A stretch of DNA of 64,000 nucleotides, taken from the NCBI RefSeq assembly GCF_000315625.1, contig NW_005434566.1:1-64000 (forward strand), written 5' to 3'. The notes below the pieces were generated by a model. It was not told the origin of the DNA and made no database searches. It was given only the letters and a program-made list of their open reading frames with translations. This document shows, piece by piece, positions 1 through 11,654 of this stretch (the stretch's first letter is position 1; each line of letters begins with the position of its first letter). The DNA comes from Guillardia theta CCMP2712 (lineage: Eukaryota > Protista > Cryptophyta). Both the position numbers and the translations under genes were made by a program.

Positions 1-83
1 ATCCTCATCCTCATCCTCATCGTCATCATCATCATCATCATCATCATCTCCATCATCATCATCATCTCCATCATCATCATCTG

Positions 84-123
<40 letters not shown>

Positions 124-128
124 TCCAT

Positions 129-183
<55 letters not shown>
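1..183. repeat. (CAT)n/(CATCTC)n microsatellite
   Basis: Direct reading of the sequence. Confidence 0.95.
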
Positions 184-184
<1 letters not shown>

Positions 185-239
185 CCTCAACCATTACAAC
201 AAGTTGCTGCCCCTCTGCTTCCTTGCCTGAGCTCTCAAA

Positions 240-3065
240 GTCTGCACGAGCGTCGCCAGCTCGTCTATCCGTGAAGTCTGTGAAGGAACCGAGGAGAGGA
301 AGGAAGTGAGAAGTAGCAGCAGGCGAAGGAAGAGAAGAAGGAGAGGGGATGAGGGAGGAGGAGGAAAGAAAGGACGGGAGAGAGGAAACGAGAAACACAG
401 GTGCGGGGGAAGGAGGGAGAGGCAGGAGCGGGAGGACGGAGCAGGGGAGAGGAGAGAGGCGAGTCATCGGACCTGCTCGTCGCCATTTTCTGTCACGTAC
501 ATGAGCCGCTCCTCCATCGCTCTCCTCTCGTTGCTCTTCTCCTCCGCTTGTAACTCCGCCATCGTCAGCGCAGACCTGCACACCGTCAGCTCGCGTACAA
601 CCTCCCCCTCCTCCTCCTCTTTCATCTCCTCCTCCTCTTTCATCTCCTCCAACTCCTCCTGCCCTTTCCTCACTCCTTACTCTCTCATCTCTCCTCCTCT
701 CCTTCCCTCCTTTTTATCCTCTACCTCAACTCCTGCAGACGTTCATATGCTTCCTCCTTCAGCATCGCCTCTTCGCGAACTCGTTCGTCCAGCAGCTCTG
801 GAGTCCATCATCAGTCCACACCACAGTCCTCCTCCTCCTCCTCCTCCTCATCCTCCTCCTCATCCTCATCCTCCTCCTCCTCTCCTCCTCTCGCTCCTCC
901 TTTCCCTCCTGCTCCCCTTCCTCTCCTCTCCTCCCTCTCCTCCTCTTTTCGTCCTCACCGCATCGCTCCGACAGCTCTCCGATCCTGACCCGCAGACTTG
1001 TGATTTCCTCCTGCAGACCCGAACAGGCAGAACAGGGCAAGGGACTATGATGGTGATGATGAGGAGGAGGAGGAGCTGCAGCAACAGCAGCAGGAACAGC
1101 GGAGGAACATGAGCAGGAGCAGGAGGAGCAGGAAGAGCATTCTTCATCATCGGCGTCCATGTAACGCAAGAAGGCATCTTCCTCCAGCCTGAATCCTTCT
1201 TGCCATGCTCGCCCTCCGGTGCATGAGAACTCCAGCTCCTCTCCTCCTCCTCCTCCGTCCTCGCCAAATCCATCCTCCTCTCTCTCCCTGCTATGGTGTT
1301 GCTCTCATAGTCTGCAGGTGGAGCCTCGTTGCGATCCTTGAGAGAGGCGAGGAGGGAGGCGAGGGAGGCGTTCGTGCTGCCTCCGCTGCCTGGAGGTGCC
1401 ATGGAGCCATCCAAGTTCACAACCATCCTCTTAGCGCTCTTCTTCCTCCTCAACGTGCTCTTCTTCCCTCCCCGCCCTCCCTCGTCCCCTCCCCTTCGCT
1501 CTGGTGCCTCCGCTCTCCCTGCCCTCCTCCTCGCTCTTCCTCGCCTCGCCCGTGCTGCCGTGACAGCGTCTGGTCAAGGAAGGTGGCCAGACTTGCTGTC
1601 TGGTACTCACTGCCCACACCTCCCCCATGGATCTCGTCCTGGTGAGAAGAACCCAATCTCTTGGACTGAGGAGCTGGAGCTGGAGCTGGAGCTGCAGGAT
1701 CCGGAAGAGCTAAGCTTTCTTCCTCGTGCGCGATGCCTGCATGTCCGTCGGGCATGCAATCACTCTGCAGTTGTCTCGTCAAAGATCGTCCCTCCTCCCA
1801 ACCCCACCCTCCTCCTCCTCCAGCACCTGCACCTCCTCCTCCTCCTCCTCCTCCTCCTGCTCTTCCTCCTCCTCCTCTCACCAGCGCTGGGTTCTCGTCC
1901 CCCTCCTGCGGCTGCTGCGAGGCTCCAGGCCTTTGCACCTCTTCCTCCTCCGCACACTTGCCGAGCACGGAGGGAAGAGAGCGTCGCATGAGAGCGGGGG
2001 GAGCGGCAGGCAGACCCTCCTGGCAGAGGAGACCGGGTCTCGAGGGTGTTGGAGGACGGTCAGAGACATACAATGATCCCCTGCCAAGAGCGCGTCCCCG
2101 CTCATGTCGGGCAGGGAGCCATGCTGGATGGACTTGAACACGGACGCCAGGCTCCATGCTCGGAAGCTGCTCGTGCTCTCGCCGTTGATCTTGAGGATGA
2201 TGCTTCCTGCCGTCAGCCCCGCCTCCTCGCTGGCGCTCCCAGGCAACACGCACACGATCCCCCAGTCGCGCGAGTCGATGGCCATGCCGAGGCTGCTGGG
2301 GAGGAAGCTGTCGCGTCCTTGCGGGCTCACCTTCTCCTCCTCCTGCGCCGCATCTTTCCAGGCGAGGCAGAGGCTGTAGGGCTCGTAGGTGACGCTGAGC
2401 CACCCTCCCACCCCTCGCTCGAGCTCCAGCAGCGTTGGGTTCACCTCGTCAATCTCCCGCAAGGCCTCACGCCATGCTCCCTCCACCCTCTCCTTCCACA
2501 GCAGCCTCCTTCCCTCCACGTTCCATGCCTGCGTTCCTCCGGGAGGATCCACTTCCAGCCAGTTGGCAGGAGGTACAAGCTCCCGGTAGTTGCAGGAGAC
2601 AACTCGGTCCCCTCTCCTCGGGGCGAAGATCATGTCCTGTCCGACACCTCCTCCTCGCACTGCCGCTCGAGGCTGGTTGCGCGTGAGGACGTGAACCTCG
2701 TCGCGACCGAGGTGATGGATGAGCGTGTTGGTGTACGTGTCGTAGGCTCCCCGGTGCTGCTTCCCAAGCTCTCCCTCCTCCTCCACCAGCAAGTAGCCTG
2801 TCCGCACATCGAACTCTGCGGTGAGGCCGAGGAGATCGCGCTTGGCACAGTTGGCGACCATGACGGGCTCGCAAAGCGCTAGAAGCTTCTCATGTCCTAC
2901 TAACTGATCAGAACCAGTCACCCACCACCACCTCCTCCCAGACTTCCTCTTGTTCTTCCAGTACTTCCTTCTCGTTGTACTCCTTCCCTCCTCCTCCTCC
3001 ACCTCCTCCTCCTCCTCCTCCCTTTCGCCACTGCTGCGTCTCCTGCTCCCAATGCTGCTTTTCAT
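240..3065 (-). CDS. Multi-exon hypothetical protein with a PDZ-like domain and C-terminal coiled coil (boundaries approximate)
   Basis: ORF 1878..3065 contains SLGMAIDSRDWGIVCVLPGSASEEAGLTAGSIILKINGES (PDZ-like pattern). Downstream minus-strand ORFs (464-673, 759-1169) are E/R-rich heptad-like segments. Exon structure not resolved. Confidence 0.5.
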
Positions 3066-3361
3066 GGAACCTGTCTTATCAACCTTGCCTGGCTGCTAAC
3101 AACTACTTCTCTTCTCACTACTGTCCTGGTCAAACTGACCCTGCGGCATTCGAGAGACAGGACATTGTAACCCTGATCTCTCCCTCCCCTTTCCTCTCCT
3201 CCCCCACCCCTCCCCACCTCAATTCCTTTCCATTCCAAACAGGTTCTCTTCTGTCCTCCTTTCATGACTCTCACCCAATTGATAACTCTACAGTCTGAGA
3301 CTTCTCCCCGTCTCTCCCTCCTCCCCCACCCTAGCCCCTTTCCCTTTCCCTTCCCCCTCAC

Positions 3362-3752
3362 AATCATCATCTCCATCATCTCCATCATCATCATCATCAT
3401 CATCATCTCCATCATCATCATCATCTCCATCATCATCATCATCATCTCCATCATCATCATCATCACCACCACCACCACCACCACCACCACCACCACCATC
3501 ANNNNNNNNNNNNNNNNNNNNNNNNNNNNNNNNNNNNNNNNNNNNNNNNNNNNNNNNNNNNNNNNNNNNNNNNNNNNNNNNNNNNNNNNNNNNNNNNNNN
3601 NTCATCATCATCATCATCATCATCTCCATCATCATCATCATCTCCATCTCCATCATCATCATCTCCATCATCATCATCATCATCATCTCCATCATCATCA
3701 TCTCCATCATCTCCATCTCCATCATCATCATCATCATCATCTCCATCATCAT
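3362..3752. repeat. (CAT)n/(CAC)n microsatellite spanning an assembly gap (N 3502-3601)
   Basis: Direct reading. Confidence 0.9.
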
Positions 3753-3919
3753 CCCTCCTTTCCCCCCCCACCAGTGCATTTTGATAAAATCGACCTGAAA
3801 TAGACAAACTGAACTCAACTCATGATAACTAAAATAAATTACTATATAACTAAAACCTTTGCTCGTAGGTAGGGTAGTCCCAGACTTTACTTAAGTTTGA
3901 TTTCACGGTTATCAGGTGA

Positions 3920-4510
3920 AACCGCCCGGGAGCGCAGTTAGCCGCCAGCGCCACCGTGTATGCGCAATCTGACTCCCGGACGGCCCGCCGAGCCTTCCGA
4001 ACTAAGTTCAGTCACTGGGCCGTACGGTCCCGGCGGCGTGACCGGGGGGGGGACCGTACCTGACTCACTGACTCAGTGACCGACTCTAGTCACGGTCCCG
4101 GATCCCTGGCCGGGCCGCCGGGCCCGGCCGCCGGGCACCGGCGGGACCCCGGCGGCGAATTTACATCCGACGACTGACTGCCATCGCCATGCCCGCCGGG
4201 CCTCCGAGTCCCCACGCTGACGCCGTCACCGTACGTTATCGTTTTGCTGGGAGTCCGGTCATGCCGCACTGCGGCCCCCCGGGCCTCGCCTGAGGCTCGC
4301 CGCCGTCAAGGCTTCGACCGGTCGGCGGCGGCCGCGCACTGCGGCACGCCGGGCCGCGGGCGGCCTTTCAAGGGCATAATCGGACAAGACTCAGTGACTC
4401 GACGAGTCACTGAGTCCCGCCGACTCGGACGTCGGCGGTAGTCACACCCCGTGAGTGCCGTTCGGAAGCCTCGGAACGAACTCGGCCGGGAAGGAGAGCC
4501 TGATGGTAGC
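3920..4510. promoter_or_regulatory. GC/CpG-rich intergenic island with TGACTC/GAGTCA motifs and a 29-bp palindrome (4388-4416)
   Basis: Dense CCGG/GCCGC; GACTCAGTGACTCG-A-CGAGTCACTGAGTC is a perfect inverted repeat. A regulatory role is inferred only. Confidence 0.4.
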
Positions 4511-4638
4511 CGAAGTTTCAGCAGCATTGAAGATCTTTTATGATACACAAGAATTGATAAGATAGAGAAGAGGCCGGAAACATGTCAAGAGAAGCTGGAG
4601 TGAGAAGGAGGGGAAGAAGCAACGCCGAGTGTCAATGG

Positions 4639-7600
4639 CTAGATGTCTCGGAGGGACTCGGCTCGGAGGATACGATACAGTTTGTGCATCTGAAGGAGAA
4701 ACGGTGAGAAGGAGGAGGAGGAGGAGGAGGAGGAGGAGGAGGAGGAGGAAGAGGATCAGGGAGAGCACGAGGAAGAGCAGGAGGAGAAGGAGGAGAATCA
4801 TTATCATCAGTAGCAGCAGCAGCAGGAGGGAGGAGGAGGAGGAGGAGGAATAGGAGCAGAAGGAAGAGGAGGGCCATGGGCAGGGTTGAGTACCTTGAGC
4901 TTAAGCTGGTGGGATCTTTCATGTCATGCACTTGAATCCCCCCCCCCGATTCGCATCCCGCAGCTCGTGGAAGAAAAGAACACAGATGGTCAGGGCACGG
5001 TAGCCATCCTCCGACTCGCTTGACATGAACTTGTTCTTGACACGGAAAACCTGCGCATAAGCCTTTACTCCTCCGCCTATGGTCATAGCCTTTTTAAATA
5101 ACATCCTCCTCCTCCTAGGCCTTTTGCCTGATGGTTAGGAGAAGATTTCCATTCATTGTTGAACTACCCTTTCTTGGTTTTTAGGNNNNNNNNNNNNNNN
5201 NNNNNNNNNNNNNNNNNNNNNNNNNNNNNNNNNNNNNNNNNNNNNNNNNNNNNNNNNNNNNNNNNNNNNNNNNNNNNNNNNNNNNNNNNNNNNCCTCCTC
5301 CTCCTCCTCCTCCTCCTCCTCCTCCTCCTCCTCCTCCTCCTCCTCCTCCTCCTCCCTCTGCATACCGAGATGCCTGAGGAGGCGTCCAGGCTGTCGAACC
5401 ACTTGAAGACCTCGAGGATTTTCTTGGGCCCGTCGACGATCACCGACAGCCGCACCTGCCCCAGTCGTCATGCTCGCAGCCCCCGCAGCTTCAGGTGGCT
5501 CACGGGGTCGAGGATGTAGCCGCTGTAGGGCCAAACGCACTGCAGCTGAGGGTCTGCATACTTGAGGAGCTTCTGACTGATCCTCGCCTTTGACTTGACG
5601 GGAGCGAAGCAGATCTCAACCCTCCTCACCCCGTCCTCGAACTGACAGTCCACCGAGATCTTGCGCTGCAGCAGGTCGTTGCCGTACTCCTCGAAGTCAG
5701 CGCAGAAGGTGCTGTGGTCGGAGGAGGAGGGGATCAGCTCTTCGCTCGCCCCCTGCGACTCCTTGTCCAGGCTCTCCCTCCCCGAGGGCGACTCGTGGGA
5801 CTGCACGACCTGCAGGACCTTCTTCTGGAAGGCGTGATTCATCAGCTTCGCCCGCAAGTGCAGCTGCGCCACAAACACTTCCTCGTTGTGTACGCGGATG
5901 CCTGTGGGGGAGATCTGAATCATCTTGATCTCGTCCTGGTAGGAGGCGTCGCGCGAGTCCTCCTCGTGCAGGCGGATGGCGAGCACCTGCAGCAGTCAGT
6001 CTCCTCTACCCCCCAAGCTCTTCCTCACCTCAGCATCCGATTGCTTGTAGGGAGAGAACCTCCTGGGCGGCTCCTGCGAGTCCCGGAAGGAGGTCAAGAC
6101 GTGGCCTGCTTCCTCCTTCTTCATCTCGTCGAAGCGATCTTGGCAGTCTCGCCCCAGCAGCGCCATGTGCTTGGCGATGGCAACCTTGAGCTTGGCAAAG
6201 AGATTGAGCTCCTCGTCGTTCCACAGGTTGATCCTCGTCGTCTTGTCCAGGAAGTAGCCGAACCTCGCCTCGAACTCGTCGCTCTCCTCAATCGTCGGGT
6301 CACACGCAGAGCTCCCGGGCGACAGCATCGCTTCGCACGTGCTGATCACGAAGTCGCCCAGGCGGTGGTAGCGCTCTTGCTGCGAGGTGGCGAAGCTGCC
6401 GGCGGCTTGGTTGACGTCATGGAAGCTGGAGTGAACCTCTCCGATGAGAACGCGGTGAGACTCGGCAAAGGGGAGGCTGACAGACGCCTGATTCCTCAAC
6501 CAGTTGCAGAAACCGTTGACGTGCTTCGTCTCGAACTCCTTCATCAGCGCGAACCTGGCGGTGTTGACAAGGAAGCGATAGTCGATGACCTTCATGCGGC
6601 CCTTTGACAACCTGTACCTCCTGGTGTTCGCCTCCCTGCTCGTGAGAAACCCGTCCTTGATCGTGATCTTCAACTCCGACCGGATCTTGTTGATCATCTT
6701 GATCACCTCCCCGTCCTCGTCCTCCGTCCGCACTGGTCTGCACAGGTAGCACCAGAGGAGCATGGCGATTGCGAAGACAACAAGGAGGGAGAGGCAGACA
6801 GACAGCAGAACCTTTAGCAGGAGCTGAGAAGACGACTGGTTCGCTGACTTGCACACGGGCATCACGTCCCTTCCGCTAGGCCCCGGCCACGTCACCGCCA
6901 CGTCCAGCCAGTCAGTCGGCTGGTCCAACATGACCAAGTGGGTGATACTCCCGGCCTCCCACCGTGCGATGGAGACGGTCGCGTTGGCCTGCTGGTTGAC
7001 GAGGTCATACCTGCGCGTCAGGGTCAGCAAGGCGGACAAGGAGAGTCAGTCTCCTACTTGGCGTAGCTCGGGTCGAGGTTCTTGTCAAAGCTGACCTTCC
7101 CTGAAGCGCCTTCGAACGTCAGGGCCCCTATGGTCTCGACAACGGCGGAGACGTTGAAGATGGAGACTCCGTTACGGATCATGGCGTCGAACGCGCGGGC
7201 TATGGCAAAGGTGGCGTCGTAGGAGAGGACGAGGTAGGGGTTGGTCAGCAGCTTGTCGACCCCCGGGTACTCGGAGGGGCTCAGGCTCTCCCACAAGGTT
7301 TGCAACCTGTTGAAGTGAGAGTTGGTGTGGTTGAACCCAATCTTCATCCCCAGATAGCCGTAGGGCAGCCCCGAGCTGATGGACGTGACCGACTCGCTCC
7401 CCATCCACACGATGTTGCCGGTAGCCCCGATGGTGTCGGCAGCCTGAAAGATCTCCAGGGCGTCGTGGTCGTGCATGGCCAGCACGAAGAGCCGCGAGTT
7501 GCTGCAGTTCTCGTAGATGGTCTTGATCAGCGCCTGCGTCCCCGAGGGATTGTTGAACTCCCAGAAGTGAACCTGCTCCACCTCGATGTTCAGCTCCTTG

Positions 7601-9558
7601 CTCCGCTGCAGGAACGTCCGTGCCAGCCCCGTGCAGTAGACGTCAACGCAGCCGATCAGCTGACATTTCGTCCACTTGAAATGTGCCAGGACGTCAGCGA
7701 TGGCTCGACCCTGCAGGTCGTCGGGGGGGCAAGTGCGCGCGAAGTTGGGGTAGAGCTGCTTGTTCGAGAGGTCGGCGCTGGTGGCGCTGAAGCTCACCTC
7801 GACCATCCCCAGACTGTTGAGGGAGGGCAAGACGAGGATGGATTCAGAGCTGAAGCCTGGGCCAACAACCGCCGTCACCCCCTTGGAGTGAAGATCCTCG
7901 GCGATGGCAGCGAGAGCCTCCTGCTTCACAATGTTGAACTGAGCCGCCGACAGGAAACCGTTCTGAGAGATCGCGCGAACAGCCGAAGTGTCGCCGATGA
8001 CCATGCTGACGGTGATCCCTGGCAGCAGAGTAGGATCTTGATTGATCATCATGGTCGCTATCCGTGCTGCCGATGCGGCGTCCTCGTCCTTGTACCCGGG
8101 GTTCCAGTTCTCCACGAACATCCCTCCCAGGACGATCCCTTGGCAGACCCCCAGAGCACCATCTCTTGCAAGATTCAAGTTCTCCAACGAGCTGAATCCT
8201 CCTGCGCTGCTCCATTTCCCAACGATGGAGAAGTTTCGGGCAACAGATTGATAGACCACGTCATACCTGCCCACTTTGGGCCCCAAGTTGGAGGCGAAGG
8301 AGACGTAACCCGAAGCGCCTTCGAACTTGACGTCAAGCAGGGCGTTCTCCAGAGCTGAGGTGTTGTAGATCGACTCGTTTCGCTCGATCATGGCCTGGAA
8401 GGCGTAAGCTAGAGCGAACACGGCATCGTAAGCCAGAGGCAGATAAGAGTAGCTCCGCCACATGCTTTGGTCTGGCATGCTCACGTTACCATAGGCTGCG
8501 CTAGAGAACTGGATGGGCTTGCGAGACCACAACGTCTTGAGGTCGCTGATGCTCTGGCTGCTTTCATTCCAAGCCATTCTCAGCCCGATGTAGTTGCCAG
8601 GCAACTCTGAAGGAAGCAAGCTGCTCACTCCCTCGCTTCCTATCCATACCAGTCTATCCAGCAGGTTCAGTTGCTTCGCCGCAGCAAACACAACCTTAGC
8701 TTGCACGTCCGTCATGAGAAGCACAAAGACGTTAGGAGCTACACAGTCAGCAACTATCGCCTGCAAGTTTGCCGCCACAGACGTCTGATCTACATAGCTC
8801 CACACATTTTGAGTGAAGCGAATTCCCTTCGCTTTGGCGTGCTGCACGAAAACGCTGGTGAGGCCGGCGCAATAGACGTCTGCACAGCTCAGGATCTGGC
8901 AAGACTTGAACTTCAACGATTGCATCAGGTCCGCGATCGCCCAGCCCTGGTACGAGTCAGGAGGACAAATCCTGGCGTAGTCCGGGAATCTTGTTCGATT
9001 GGAGAACACAGGACTTGTAGCGCTTACAAGGACACTGAGAAGATCCTGTTGATACAGCCAGGGGCTCAAGCTGACGGCCTCTGAGCTGTAGCCGGGGCCG
9101 ATCAGAGCAGCAAACTTCTGAGCGTGCGTGTAGTCCAGGGCATCCACCATGGAGCCCTCCAGCAGTTGGTTGAAACTGGAAGGCGAGATGAGGACGTTGG
9201 GGCTCATCGACCGCGTGATGGACATGTCGGCGATGTACAGTTTCAGTCGGCTGCCATGCAGGAAGTTCCTCTCGTTGATGATCTCAACGGCTGCTTGCGC
9301 TGCAGCTGCGATGTACCGCTCCCAGTAGGACGAGGACCATTCGACTACGAACAGTCCCCCTATCGATATCTCACTTGGCACGCTGGCACCTTTGACAAGA
9401 GTCAAGAGGCAGAGGAGGCAACAGAATTTCAAGAAATTGTGGAGTCTCCTCGTTGAGCTGCTGTCACGGTCGGGCGTGCGTTGGCTTCTCCCAGATATTT
9501 CGCGTATACCTGCCGTAACAGCACCGGGGAAACGACCACCGAAATGTTCCGATCTCAT
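4639..9558 (-). CDS. Single-pass receptor: signal peptide, two tandem type-1 periplasmic-binding (ANF-receptor/Venus flytrap) domains, TM helix, cytoplasmic region ending in a RelA/SpoT-like nucleotidyltransferase domain. Exons approx. 9558-7058, 7010-6029, 5986-5504, 5455-5366, 5050-4894, 4689-4639.
   Basis: The VFT motif set occurs twice (IGGLF/LGGMF; IGPGYSS/VGPGFSS; SATSPVFSN..RFP.YAR.CPPD/SATSADLSN..LYPNFART.PPD; YDAVFA/YDATFA; FEGASG.VSF). TM: LLLKVLLSVCLSLLVVFAIAMLLWCYLC. GT-AG introns of 47, 42 and 48 nt join the frames. C-terminal motifs: PVKSKARISQK, DPVRLSV, RVKNKF, DGYRAL, IQVHD, MHKLYRILRA-stop. Exon 5 needs homopolymer frameshift corrections and lies near an N-gap. Confidence 0.85.
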
Positions 9559-9849
9559 CCCCCGAGGTGATCTCCAGGATCGATAATACCAGACAGACTC
9601 AGCAAAGCGAAGTGTGACAGGGAGTCACGTGTCTCCTCATTCTATAGCATGTTGACATGGTTTTGCCTGTCAGGGTCGGAGATTCGTCGGGACAGGCCGA
9701 TACACATGCGTTGAACGTTATCACTCATACCTCTCGGCATGTCCTGTGGGTCCAACAACCTTGGCCGCCCTCTGTCGCCCTTCACTTCACTTCACTTCCT
9801 CTCACTTCCCTCCCCTTCGCTTCCCCTCCCGTCAAACCTTGATGCCTGC

Positions 9850-10500
9850 CGCACCGATGTGATCATGACCAACCAGCCACCCACCCTCTATCCACCTATA
9901 TCAACCACCCCCTCTGAGTAACAATAAACCCAGAACCGATCGCCTACCCACCCTTGCGATCTCCACTACCCCTACCCCTCTCACTCGAAATCAGTCCTCC
10001 TACCCGTTGAATCATAATCATATCCACGTTTGGACTACCCCACCCCCTGATGATACAGTTTCACTGCAGGACATCTAGAATCTATCAAAGTACCCCCTTG
10101 TTTATTAATAAACTACCCACCTATCTGTACAAAAAGCTTTGATCCACGACCCATCTAAAACCATGTACCCCCTACCCCCTGAAATACCAACATTCACCCC
10201 TACCCCTTCCCCTTGAGGAACACCCCTCGTTTCTTGATGACACACGAAACCCCCTGATCTTGCAGATAATGTACTCTTACATGTATTTTAAAGGGGGTTC
10301 TAAAACTTTTTAAAGGGGCTAGGCTTTGCGATCCCTTCAAATACGGGGTACTGTGTACTACCCTAACCCCCTCCAGACCTATTGATTGTCCCTACCCTCT
10401 TAAATGGACTACCCCGACCCTCAATTCCCACTTTCCCTTCGGTCTTGAGCGTCATATAAAACATTTTAAAGGAATGGTATGAGGGTGATGATTGGATCAA
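9850..10500 (+). other. TACCC/CACCC-rich non-coding tract
   Basis: Many copies of TACCC(C)/ACCCC on the + strand; no credible ORF. Confidence 0.6.
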
Positions 10501-10550
10501 TGAGGGCGATGACAAATCTTGCAGTGAATTGTTTTGTATGTTTTTTTAAT

Positions 10551-10702
10551 TTGTACCAATAAAGAATATTGTACGGTCAAAGGTTTTTGATCACCGTACA
10601 ATTGTACCAATAAAGAATATTGTACGGTCAAAGGTTTTTGATCACCGTACAATTGTACCAATAAAGAATATTGTACGGTCAAAAGTTTTTGATCCCGGTA
10701 CA
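10551..10702. repeat. 51-bp tandem repeat x3 with internal inverted repeat
   Basis: Unit TTGTACCAATAAAGAATATTGTACGGTCAAAGGTTTTTGATCACCGTACAA; TTGTACGGT...ACCGTACAA forms a stem; no spacers. Confidence 0.9.
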
Positions 10703-11003
10703 ACAAAAAGTACCAAGTTCGGGAGTTCCGGCGCGCGTGACCGTCGGACCGTCTCAGTCACTGCCGGCTCTCCGGACGGGCCCGCCCGGCACGCCGGGAG
10801 CAGTGACGTTGTGGTTTGTAACGGTTTCTAACGGACTTACCCAAGGAAGTGATGGCAACGGCGAGAATGACTGGTGGTTTTGATATGTCTGAAGGGGGTG
10901 GGGGTAATGGCGCTGCATGTGGATCATGTGTGCGGAAGAGGGAACAGAGCGAGGGAGGAAGGAGAGGGAGGAGGGGGGGGGAAGGAAGGACGGAGGGAGG
11001 AGG

Positions 11004-11044
<41 letters not shown>

Positions 11045-11654
11045 AATGGTAAGAAGGACGGAAATCAAGAACAGAACAACAGAGGAACGAGGCGAGCAGA
11101 TACGACGAGCATCAGGAAGTTGGAGTTCATAGTTTGAGCTCTTCGTGGTACTTTGTTACATCTATGGCATGAGATTGCAATCTTTACAGTGACGACATGA
11201 AAGTTCCTAGCGCCTTGCTCAAGAGCCATGCATGGCTCAGCCTCAGAGGATCGCGAGGGGGGCCAGTAGGTTGTGTTAGAAGGGGACCTTGAGCTGATTG
11301 AGGAGGCAGTGCAGAGGAGGGACAGGGGTTTGAGGGAGGCAGAGAGACGTGGGGGCTGCCCATGCCCGTGGAAGGTCTGAGTGTGCAGATGAGGTTGTTC
11401 AACTTGAAGGCGTGTGTGAGATTATTGTCGTGAGCACAGTTGAGGACGAGACTGGCTGTTGTACTGTTGCAACTTCATCAGCCTCCGAGCAGCAGATACT
11501 TGCAGACAGCCTCCACGAGTGACACCTTTGTGCCTCCTCCAGGGCCTGGATTTCCGTCCAAGTTCTCACTGCCGTTGTTCCCTCCTGAACAGACCTCGAA
11601 GGTACCAACGCTGCCAGCTCTGCGAGCCTGTCCCTTACCCATGTCTGTGAAGGG

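Noticed and set aside
3062-3818. Poly-M/H/D/E/R/LY/THSL ORFs here and at ~15580, 19460, 26490, 27300, 32060, 34600, 41850 and 61440
   Set aside because: Translations of microsatellites and minisatellites, mostly intronic
4894-5185. Frameshifts in receptor exon 5 as evidence of a pseudogene
   Set aside because: They fall in homopolymer runs in sequence next to an N-gap and the rest of the gene is intact; sequencing error is more likely, but reads should be checked
4639-9558. Class C GPCR, ionotropic glutamate receptor or receptor guanylyl cyclase
   Set aside because: Only one TM follows the ectodomain; no 7TM bundle, pore loop, kinase-homology or cyclase motifs; the C-terminal motifs fit RelA/SpoT-like enzymes
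9850-10500. Interstitial telomeric repeats
   Set aside because: TACCC words are dispersed and irregular, not a tandem (TTTAGGG/TTAGGG)n array
10551-10702. Palindromic repeats resembling a CRISPR array
   Set aside because: Units are contiguous with no unique spacers, there are no cas genes, and the context is eukaryotic
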